Counted from the first letter of the stretch, positions 8,218 through 15,146 are shown. The stretch: 15,199 bases of DNA from an uncultured bacterium (GCA_964534375.1 CAZHPN010000152.1:1-15199); one strand, 5' to 3'. Program-made: numbers and translations. Notes: a model not told the origin generated them from the sequence alone.

Positions 8218-8566
8218 CGTCGCGACGCTCGGCGCGGAAAAAAACCGCGCTTTGGCCGCGGCCGGTTCGCGGGCCGGTCCGGCGAACTCCTGCCGCGCGC
8301 CACGGCCATTGTTTGCGGCGCCATGCCCAGCGGCGTCCCGCCGCGAAAAAACAATCTTTACGAGCGTTTCCGATGCGCCGGTGAACCTTTTATCGCAACT
8401 GCCCACAGATCGTGATCGTTGAGCATATACAACGAAACAGGAAAATTGAAAAGCGTCGAGATCATTCGCCGAAGCCGCGACGGCGCGCCTGGCTCGCAAT
8501 TTCAGCCCCGCGTTTTTTCCCGTCCGCCGCGGCGTTGTTCGACGGCCATGATCTGTTTTAGTAGGC

Positions 8567-9421
8567 TCAGCGACCGCGGCGACGCGCTTCTTTCAACCAA
8601 ATTTTCGCCAACGCGGGAAGGCGATCCACGACCTCTTTTCCGAATAACACTTCGTCCGCGAAACCCATGTGCAGCATGTCGACGAGCCGGCAGAGATACG
8701 ATCGACCGTCGTTCCACCACGTGTTGTGGGAATCAACCATCAGGTAATGAAATACGTGAATGTCGTCGGACCTACGCAGTTCGTTGAGTTCCATTCCGTC
8801 GAGAATCGACTCGTATACGCCGTCAGCGACTCGGCTGCCGAAGGTCGTCGTATAATAGAATTCCTTGATTTCCCAAACGGCGATCGGATTGATGACGTCC
8901 GGAAATGCGCCGTCAAACCATCGCGAGGAGGTCTGCAAGATGGCGCCATGCTCGTCGACAACTGTCGCCAGCTTTCTTGGCTTGAAAGCGCACGGTTGAC
9001 CGCCGATGTGAGCCTTTACGAGAGTATTAATGATTCCGGCAAAGTAATTTAGCCCTTTTTTCTCGCCCGACTGCTTGTTCGTCGGGACATCGGCGCCGGG
9101 CCATTTCGCCCGAACTTTTTCGAAGAGCTTTTTCGCCTCGGCAACGTCCATCAGCCGCGGTTCAACAAAAACATTAAGGACTTCGGCTCGATAAAGGAAA
9201 TAATTCGCCAGCGCCTTTCCCAGTCTCGTCGGAGCGCCTCGCTTGTCGATTACGGCCCGGATGTCGAAGTCATTCGCCTCCAGCGTCTGCACCATGTCGT
9301 CGATCTGCGGCACAAGCACCTTTTGGGTTCCTCGTTCCGTGTATCCGCGCCATTGGCTGATGAAACGTACGTAACCCCAGAAGTTTCGTGGCATGGCGAC
9401 AAAGTCCGGATGGGGCAGCAT
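8567..9421 (-). CDS. Putative Type II restriction endonuclease, PD-(D/E)xK fold (284 aa)
   Basis: FDGAFPDVINPIAVWEIKEFYY gives a D...ExK catalytic pattern. The ATG overlaps the stop of the HTH gene (TAATG). It is adjacent to a DNA methyltransferase and has lower GC than the flanks. Confidence 0.7.
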   Translation of the reverse strand: MLPHPDFVAMPRNFWGYVRFISQWRGYTERGTQKVLVPQIDDMVQTLEANDFDIRAVIDKRGAPTRLGKALANYFLYRAEVLNVFVEPRLMDVAEAKKLFEKVRAKWPGADVPTNKQSGEKKGLNYFAGIINTLVKAHIGGQPCAFKPRKLATVVDEHGAILQTSSRWFDGAFPDVINPIAVWEIKEFYYTTTFGSRVADGVYESILDGMELNELRRSDDIHVFHYLMVDSHNTWWNDGRSYLCRLVDMLHMGFADEVLFGKEVVDRLPALAKIWLKEARRRGR

Positions 9422-9660
9422 TACTTCGTTTCCTGAAACCGGCGGGCAAATGTCGCCAACGAAATTCCTATTGCTTGGCAGATTGCTTCGACTTCGACAA
9501 CGTCCAAGCGCCGTTCGCCGGACTCGTACTTGCTCACGAACGATTGCGGCTGATTCAATTTTGCGGCCAGATCGACCTGGCGCATCTCGGCTTCTTTCCG
9601 CAACTTCCTCAGAAGATTGCAGAGGTCCGCATAGCGCAATGAATCTCGATCATGGTTCAC
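9421..9660 (-). CDS. XRE-family HTH regulator, probable R-M controller (C) protein (~79 aa)
   Basis: LLRKLRKEAEMRQVDLAAKLNQPQSFVSKYESGERRLDVVEV is a typical HTH_XRE. Start taken as GTG 9660; the longer 141-aa ORF would overlap the promoters and the MTase. Confidence 0.8.
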   Translation of the reverse strand: MNHDRDSLRYADLCNLLRKLRKEAEMRQVDLAAKLNQPQSFVSKYESGERRLDVVEVEAICQAIGISLATFARRFQETK

Positions 9661-9668
9661 AGGTGCAA

Positions 9669-9697
9669 AGGTTACACGATGTTGACACGTATCCCAA
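9669..9697 (-). promoter_or_regulatory. Candidate weak promoter for the controller-nuclease operon (near-leaderless)
   Basis: Minus strand TTGGGA (9697-9692), 17 nt, TAACCT (9674-9669), ending 8 nt before GTG 9660. No SD visible. Confidence 0.45.
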
Positions 9698-9710
9698 AAC
9701 AGGATATCTT
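9682..9710 (+). promoter_or_regulatory. Sigma70 promoter for the methyltransferase, with operator-like palindrome TATCC-N7-GGATA (9690-9706)
   Basis: TTGACA 9682-9687, exactly 17 nt, TATCTT 9705-9710. The palindrome covers the spacer and the start of the -10. Confidence 0.7.
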
Positions 9711-9759
9711 CTTGCTTGTGGTACGCTCCAAGGGTACGTGCAGGCGAAGGCGTGGTGGA

Positions 9760-10638
9760 ATGGAACAACTGGCGCTCGACATTCCGAATTGCCGCAAGGC
9801 CAATCCACCGAGGGGCCAGTTGCTCAAATGGATCGGCAACAAGCAACGTTTTGCCGCGGAAATCGCGTCCTACTTCCCACGGTCATACGGAACGTACTTT
9901 GAACCGTTTCTTGGCACGGGCGCCGTTCTCGCCGCGGTCGCGCCGCCCAAAGCCGTCGCGTCGGATATTTTCCCGCCGCTGATCGAGATTTGGAACGCGC
10001 TCAAGAAGTCGCCGGAGGTTTTGAAGGAATGGTACGCCGAACGGTGGCGTCGCTTCGTCGGCGGCGACAAGGCCACGGAATACGAAAACATCAAATCGGG
10101 GTACAACCGGTCGCCTAACGGGGCGGACCTGCTTTTCATCAGCCGTTCGTGCTACGGCGGCGTGGTGCGTTTCCGCAAGGCCGACGGCCATATCTCGACC
10201 CCGGTCGGCGCGCACGATCCGATTCGCCCGGAGAGTTTTGCGCGGCGCGTCGATGAATGGAGCAAGCGCGTCACGGGAACCGACTTTTTTGCGCTGGACT
10301 TCCGCGAGGCGACGGCGCGAGCCAAACGCGGCGATTTGGTTTACTGCGACCCGCCGTATCACCACAGCCAAGGCATCTTGTACGGCGCGCAATCATTTAA
10401 AGTCGGCGACCTCTTCGACGCCATTGCCCACTGCCAGGCGCGCGGAGTTTTTGTCGCGCTGAGCATTGACGGGATCAAGAAATCCGGCACGCTCAATTGC
10501 GACGTGAATATTCCGGCAGGACTTTTCCGGCGGGAGGCGTTCGTCGACTGCGGCCGTTCGATGTTGCGCCGGTTTCAGATGGGCGGGCGAACGCTCGAAT
10601 CCGAAGTCGTGCACGACCGATTGCTGCTGACGTACTGA
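9760..10638 (+). CDS. Alpha-class (Dam/D12-like) N6-adenine DNA methyltransferase (~292 aa)
   Basis: Motif order LLKWIGNK (X), FEPFLGTGAV (I), ASDI (II), then YCDPPY (IV). Start taken as ATG 9760, downstream of the promoter. Confidence 0.92.
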   Translation: MEQLALDIPNCRKANPPRGQLLKWIGNKQRFAAEIASYFPRSYGTYFEPFLGTGAVLAAVAPPKAVASDIFPPLIEIWNALKKSPEVLKEWYAERWRRFVGGDKATEYENIKSGYNRSPNGADLLFISRSCYGGVVRFRKADGHISTPVGAHDPIRPESFARRVDEWSKRVTGTDFFALDFREATARAKRGDLVYCDPPYHHSQGILYGAQSFKVGDLFDAIAHCQARGVFVALSIDGIKKSGTLNCDVNIPAGLFRREAFVDCGRSMLRRFQMGGRTLESEVVHDRLLLTY

Positions 10639-10674
10639 GTTCCGCGCCTGGCCGCCGCTGTCTGCCGAGCCGGC

Positions 10675-11949
10675 CTATGCGAGTTCCGCCAACGCCCGGC
10701 CGAGCGCGCCGAGCAGTTCCTCGCCCATGCCCCGTCCGCCGAAGGCCATCGCATTTTCGTAGATGCTGTTCCACATCGCTTCGCGGTCGACGGTTTCGAA
10801 TTGCTGATATTCCGCCGGCAGGTGCACGTAGCCGAGGTAGTCGTCCGTGTGCGAGGCCGTCACCGCCGTCCGCCAGCCGCGGGCGGCGATCGCCTGCCGC
10901 GCAGCCAACCCGACGCCGGCGCCCAGGTCCGCCGGGAAGCCGGCGAACACCAGGTCGCCGACGCGCGCCGCCGGCACGCGCGGCCGCCGGCCTTCGAGCT
11001 TGCCGCCGCGGCCGAAATGCCGCGCATACAGGCGCAGCGGCAACGCCAACGCGTCGAGCCAGGCCAGCCGATCGGGGAAGAGGCGCGGCGTCGCCAGGCG
11101 CAACGCGGCCTCGCCCGCGGCGAAGGCCACGTCGCCGCCGCGCACCGGCGTCGCCGCCGCCAGCGCCTGGTCGAGCGCCTCGCGCAACAGGCGCGCCAGC
11201 AGCGGCAGATGCGCCGCGAGCGCCAGCGGCCCCTCGGGGAAGAGCACGTTGACGCCGCCGACCGGCCCGACCAGAAACAGCGCCTCGTCGCCCTCGGCTT
11301 CGATGGTCTGGGCCACGGCCCCCGGGTAATCCGCCGACGCCGCGTGCAATTCGCGGAAGGCGACGACGACCGGGTGCGCGCCGAAACAAGCGACGCGGAT
11401 ATTCTTGCCCGGCCGCGCGATCGCGAGCGCGCCGACCGTGCGGTCGATCGGCCCCTGCGGATGGCGACGGTTGTAATTGAGATAGGTCGTCTGCGTTTCG
11501 CCGAAGCGCAGCTCGGCCGGCTGCAAATCGGCGACGGCGCCCGCGGCGGCGGCGGCGATATTTTCGACGAGCGCGGCGAAAATCGCCGGGCGATAGGCGC
11601 CGAGGAACAGTTTGGCCGACGGCGCATCCCAGTAGCCGCCCGTCGACGAGTGCGTGTGCGTCGCGGCCAGCAGCAGCCCGTCGTAGGCGACGCCCAGCTC
11701 GTGCAGCCGCCGTTCGACCGCCAGCCGCAGCCCCTCGGTGATGATGAGCAGGTCGGCGGAGACGATCACGGCCGTTTTCTTGCCGTCGCCCAGCGCCAGC
11801 GCGCGGGCGAAGAGCGGATCGTGCACGGTCTCGGCCAGCCGCTCTTTCTTGCCGGCGATGCCCGCCAGCGGAAACGGCAGCGGCGGCGTGAAGTCGCGTT
11901 TGGCGAAGCCGGCGGCGAGGCCGCGGCGACGCGCTTTGTTTTGCTGCAT
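10675..11949 (-). CDS. Neutral/alkaline ceramidase N-terminal-domain family protein
   Basis: Motifs DFTPP, HDPLFARAL, SADL, LAATHTHSS, YNRR, AHPV, SADYPG, YLGY...YE. GGAGG RBS upstream of ATG 11949. Confidence 0.78.
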   Translation of the reverse strand: MQQNKARRRGLAAGFAKRDFTPPLPFPLAGIAGKKERLAETVHDPLFARALALGDGKKTAVIVSADLLIITEGLRLAVERRLHELGVAYDGLLLAATHTHSSTGGYWDAPSAKLFLGAYRPAIFAALVENIAAAAAGAVADLQPAELRFGETQTTYLNYNRRHPQGPIDRTVGALAIARPGKNIRVACFGAHPVVVAFRELHAASADYPGAVAQTIEAEGDEALFLVGPVGGVNVLFPEGPLALAAHLPLLARLLREALDQALAAATPVRGGDVAFAAGEAALRLATPRLFPDRLAWLDALALPLRLYARHFGRGGKLEGRRPRVPAARVGDLVFAGFPADLGAGVGLAARQAIAARGWRTAVTASHTDDYLGYVHLPAEYQQFETVDREAMWNSIYENAMAFGGRGMGEELLGALGRALAELA

Positions 11950-12012
11950 GATTGCCTCCGGGCGGTTATTCTAGCCGCCCTGCCGCCCGAGGAAAACCGG
12001 GCGGGCGGCGGT

Positions 12013-12041
12013 TTGCGCATTCGCGCCGAATGCGATAGTTT
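12013..12041 (+). promoter_or_regulatory. Candidate promoter for the PP2C-like operon with palindrome CGCATTCG-N3-CGAATGCG
   Basis: TTGCGC 12013-12018, 17 nt, TAGTTT 12036-12041. Perfect 8-bp arms at 12016-12023 and 12027-12034. Confidence 0.4.
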
Positions 12042-12116
12042 CGGGGCTGTCAGAGCGACCATTGCATTGCATCTTTTTCGGTTCGACGGCCGCAACTCCA
12101 AGGCGGAAGTCAGCGC

Positions 12117-13136
12117 ATGACGGGGCTTTACGAAAACCGCTTTCTCCGGATTTCGCGAGCCGCGGGGTCGGTCCCCGGGGCCGGCGGCGAGGCGGAAAAC
12201 CAGGATTGCTGCGGCAACCAGCAGAACCAGCACGGCCACTTGCTGGTGGTCGCCGACGGCCACGATCGCACGGGCCTGGGCGGCGTCGCGGCGCGCCTGG
12301 TCGTGGAAACCGTCCTCGAATTTTACCGCGACTGGAACGGCCAGGCCCCGCGCAAGATGCTGGTCGACGCCGTGGGCCTCGCCAACGCGGCGTGGCGGCA
12401 GGCGGCGGCCAGCGATAAGCGCCTGAGCGCGGCGACCGTCAGCGTGGCGCTGCTGCACCATCAGGAAGGCGCGGTGCGCATCGCCCACGTCGGCAACTGC
12501 CGCGCCTATCGCCAGCGGAACTACCTCATCGACCAGCTCACCGAAGATCACCTCGTCGCCGCGCCGGCCGGCGGCGGGCCCGGCGGCGCGAAGTTCGTGC
12601 TGTCGCGGGCGGTGGGCATGTATCCGATCGTCGAGGTCGACGTTTCCGACGCCCATTTCGTGCAGGCGGGCGAGACGTTCATCCTCTGCACCGACGGCCT
12701 CAGTTCGCGCCTGAACGACGTCGAGATCGGTCGACGCGTGATGTCCGGATCGCCGCAGGGGGCCTGCGACGGTTTGATGGACCTCGTGCAAAACGGCAGC
12801 GGCCCCGAAAGCGCGTCGCTGGCGATCATCAAGTTCAGCGAGCCGGCGGAACAAGGGCAAAAACTCAGCGCCTCCGCTGCGCCGGCGCCGACGCTGATCC
12901 TTGCCGCCGGTCGCCCGGTGTCGTGGCGCCACCTCAGCGGCTGGTGGAAATTCCGCCTGGTCGCGCTGGCTCTCTTGTTGCTCTGGTTCCTCGGCCTGCT
13001 GGCGATGTGGGGCCTCTTCGGTTGGGGCTCGCCCGCCACGGCGCTGCGCGTGGCGCCGGCCGGCTCGGCCGCGCTGGCCGCGTCGTTCTGGCTGGCGGGC
13101 CGGTCGCGGCGCCGGCCGCCGGAGGCGGCGCCATGA
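12117..13136 (+). CDS. PP2C/PPM-family Ser/Thr phosphatase-like protein with degenerate motifs and C-terminal TM helices
   Basis: Motifs ENQD, LLVVADG, IAHVGNCRAY, QLTEDH, LSRAVG, FILCTDGL. Hydrophobic C-terminus LVALALLLLWFLGLLAMWGLFGW. Confidence 0.8.
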   Translation: MTGLYENRFLRISRAAGSVPGAGGEAENQDCCGNQQNQHGHLLVVADGHDRTGLGGVAARLVVETVLEFYRDWNGQAPRKMLVDAVGLANAAWRQAAASDKRLSAATVSVALLHHQEGAVRIAHVGNCRAYRQRNYLIDQLTEDHLVAAPAGGGPGGAKFVLSRAVGMYPIVEVDVSDAHFVQAGETFILCTDGLSSRLNDVEIGRRVMSGSPQGACDGLMDLVQNGSGPESASLAIIKFSEPAEQGQKLSASAAPAPTLILAAGRPVSWRHLSGWWKFRLVALALLLLWFLGLLAMWGLFGWGSPATALRVAPAGSAALAASFWLAGRSRRRPPEAAP

Positions 13137-13783
13137 GCCGCAAGAGCATGTTCGAAATGCAGTCGCCGCGCAGTTCGCGCACCATGGCGTTGACGCGCCT
13201 CTTCGATTTGCTGCTGCTCGGCGGCTACATCGCCTGCGGCCTGCTGACCTACTATCTGCTGATGAACGGCGCGTTGGCGAAGCAAGCCCGGCAATCCGCC
13301 CAGGCCGCGCCGGCCGCGCCGGCCATCGCCGCCGAGGCGCCCGCGGCGGAAGCGCCGGAGGCCGAGGCCCCTGCGGCCAGCCCGGCGGCGGCCGCCGCCA
13401 CGCCGCCGCCGTCGACCGAGCCGCCGGCCCCGCCGATCGAGCCGGGCGGCAAGGATTTGACCGCCGCGATGAACGCCTACGTGCAAGCGGTCAACAAGGG
13501 CGAGTACGTCAAGGCGCGGGCGATGCGCGCCGACCCGAACGTGCCGTCGGTCGACGGCTTGCGCAAGACCAAGGCGATGAAACTGGTCTCGGTCGTCGCC
13601 TACCCGCGCATCAGCCGCACGCAAGGCTCGATTTACGTGAAGCTGCGCATCGAAAAAGGCGGCAAACCGCTGATTTGGAAGGGCCGCATCGACTGGGAAA
13701 ACCGCACCGGCAAGTGGGTCACCGTCAAGTGGGACAGCCAGGCCGCCTCGCCGGACAGCGAAGAGCCGGCGGCCACGCACTGA
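13133..13783 (+). CDS. Hypothetical single-pass membrane protein: TM, Ala/Pro/Glu linker, ~100-aa alpha/beta C-terminal domain
   Basis: ATGA overlap with the upstream stop. TM LLLLGGYIACGLLTYYLLM. GC3-rich codons and an ordered C-terminal sequence. Confidence 0.75.
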   Translation: MSRKSMFEMQSPRSSRTMALTRLFDLLLLGGYIACGLLTYYLLMNGALAKQARQSAQAAPAAPAIAAEAPAAEAPEAEAPAASPAAAAATPPPSTEPPAPPIEPGGKDLTAAMNAYVQAVNKGEYVKARAMRADPNVPSVDGLRKTKAMKLVSVVAYPRISRTQGSIYVKLRIEKGGKPLIWKGRIDWENRTGKWVTVKWDSQAASPDSEEPAATH

Positions 13784-13785
13784 CG

Positions 13786-14238
13786 ATGTGGTTCTTCCGT
13801 CGCCGGGAACAGAAGGCCGTCGCGCCGTTTGTCGGACCGCAAATCACCGACTGGCAACCGCCGGCGGAGCCGCCCGCTTCGGCGCCGAACGCACCGCGCA
13901 TGCACATGCGCCGTGGGCTCTTGCCGATTCGGCGGCATATCGCATTCCAAAATGCGGCCGGCGCGGCCGTTGCATTCAGCGGGATGATTGCGGGGGTTTA
14001 CGTTGGCAAGTGGTTTCCGGACGTCGGCAAACGCCTCGGTTCCGGCGCAACTCTCGTGATTTTCTTCGGTTTTGGACTGCTCGGCGTCTTGTTGGTCAAT
14101 ATGATTTTCTCCCGCATCGTGAGCGCCCGTTGTCCGCGGTGCGACGGCCGCGCATTTCAAAAGCGTGAGCGCCCGATTCGCTACGAGTGCGAGGTTTGCG
14201 GCTACGTGTATAAAGGAACGATCCCGGACACCCGTTGA
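13786..14238 (+). CDS. Hypothetical 2-TM protein with C-terminal zinc-ribbon-like CxxC...CxxC
   Basis: ATG 13786 lies 2 nt after the upstream stop. Two hydrophobic segments, then CPRC-x15-CEVC. Confidence 0.65.
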   Translation: MWFFRRREQKAVAPFVGPQITDWQPPAEPPASAPNAPRMHMRRGLLPIRRHIAFQNAAGAAVAFSGMIAGVYVGKWFPDVGKRLGSGATLVIFFGFGLLGVLLVNMIFSRIVSARCPRCDGRAFQKRERPIRYECEVCGYVYKGTIPDTR

Positions 14239-14252
14239 TCGCTCTTCCTCGG

Positions 14253-14265
14253 TAAGTCCTTGATT
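14253..14265 (-). promoter_or_regulatory. IHF-consensus site
   Basis: Reverse complement AATCAAGGACTTA matches WATCAANNNNTTR exactly, in an AT-rich intergenic stretch. Confidence 0.5.
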
Positions 14266-14304
14266 CTATTGAAAACATCAATTCACGTACAAAAATAATA
14301 CCTC

Positions 14305-14346
14305 TTGACAAATCGCGTCGCTTCTACGATAGTTAGTCGCCACTAC
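14305..14346 (+). promoter_or_regulatory. Candidate promoter and DtxR-type operator for the regulator-feoB operon
   Basis: TTGACA 14305-14310, 17 nt, GATAGT 14328-14333, preceded by an A/T-rich UP-like tract. TTAG-TCGCCA-CTAC (14333-14346) resembles the TTAG-N6-CTAA core of DtxR-family boxes. Confidence 0.5.
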
Positions 14347-14365
14347 CGGCGGAAGGAACGACTTG

Positions 14366-15115
14366 ATGTTCGACTTGCGGCCTGCGGAACCGGAAATTTC
14401 CGACTCGCTCGAAGATTATCTTGAAACGATACACAATCTCCAAAAGACGCGTAAAGTGGCACGGGTAAAGGACATTGCGCGCGAACGCAAGGTGCGCATG
14501 GCGTCGGTTTCGACGGCAATGCGGCGCTTGCAGGAACTCGGTCTCATTATCTACAGCCAGCGCGAGTACATCGAACTGTCCGAGCACGGGCAGGAGGTCG
14601 TGCGGCGGATTCTGGTGCGGCACGAAATCCTGCGGCGGTTCTTGTCCGAATTTCTACAGGTGTCGCCCGAGACCGCCGACTCCGACGCGTGCCAGATCGA
14701 GCACCACGTCTCCGACGAAACCGTCGACCGCTTCGTGCGTTTGCTCGAATTTCTGGAGACGTGCACCGAGGGCCGGCGCGCGCTCGCCGCGTTCCAGAGC
14801 TGCCCCGAGGTCGGCCCCGAGCACCGCGTGTGCGACGAAACGTGCGAACGCCGCGCCGGCGAGCCGCCTTGCACGCCGATTTTTCCGACCGAAACGCTCA
14901 GCGACCTCGCGCCCGGCGAGCGAGGGCTCATCGCCAAGATTCGCGCGGGCGGGGCGCTGCGCCAGCGGCTGATCGACATGGGCATGCTGCCGCACACGGA
15001 GGTCGAAGTGGAGCGCGTGGCGCCGTCGGGCGACCCGATTTGGATCAAACTGCGCGGCTTCCAGTTGTCGCTGCGCAAGGAAGAGGCGCAGGGCATTCTC
15101 GTTTCGCCGATCTAA
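14366..15115 (+). CDS. DtxR/MntR-family metal-dependent repressor fused to a C-terminal FeoA domain
   Basis: SLEDYLETI, wHTH ARVKDIA...ASVSTAMRRL, RHEILRRFL, DACQIEHHVS. FeoA domain LSDLAPGE...RQRLIDMGM...RVAPSGDPIWIKLRGFQLSLRKEEA. Start is ATG 14366 or TTG 14363. Confidence 0.92.
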   Translation: MFDLRPAEPEISDSLEDYLETIHNLQKTRKVARVKDIARERKVRMASVSTAMRRLQELGLIIYSQREYIELSEHGQEVVRRILVRHEILRRFLSEFLQVSPETADSDACQIEHHVSDETVDRFVRLLEFLETCTEGRRALAAFQSCPEVGPEHRVCDETCERRAGEPPCTPIFPTETLSDLAPGERGLIAKIRAGGALRQRLIDMGMLPHTEVEVERVAPSGDPIWIKLRGFQLSLRKEEAQGILVSPI

Positions 15116-15146
15116 CCCCAACCGCGTTCTGTGAAGGCAAGAAGCC

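Noticed and set aside
8232..8250. Hairpin GCGCGG-A7-CCGCGC as a terminator
   Set aside because: The A/U run is the loop rather than a 3' tail. At most it affects translation initiation of the receptor.
5326..8415. 1029-aa + strand ORF and other long alternative-frame ORFs (e.g. 3586..5229, 10801..12120, 12548..13780)
   Set aside because: These are shadow ORFs of GC3-rich genes, with no recognisable motifs and Arg/Gly/Ala-biased composition.
8218..8499. 94-aa N-terminal extension of the hybrid receptor
   Set aside because: It runs through AT-rich, promoter-like DNA and would bury the signal peptide.
9421..9660. HTH + downstream gene as a toxin-antitoxin pair
   Set aside because: The divergent methyltransferase and the D...ExK nuclease motif fit a C-R/M layout better.
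9760..10638. Calling the MTase an orphan Dam (GATC) or naming its specificity
   Set aside because: It is paired with a nuclease and a controller. GATC is frequent throughout the window, and specificity cannot be read from the motifs.
8484..10651. 10-bp direct repeat CGCGCCTGGC (8484-8493 and 10642-10651) as a target-site duplication of the R-M cassette
   Set aside because: The same GC-rich 10-mer occurs elsewhere in coding sequence in this window (near 3747 and 6923), so chance is likely. An empty-site comparison is needed.
13290..13445. GCC/GCG-rich quasi-repeats (also 5950-6110)
   Set aside because: They encode low-complexity Ala/Pro linkers and are not a DNA-level repeat element.
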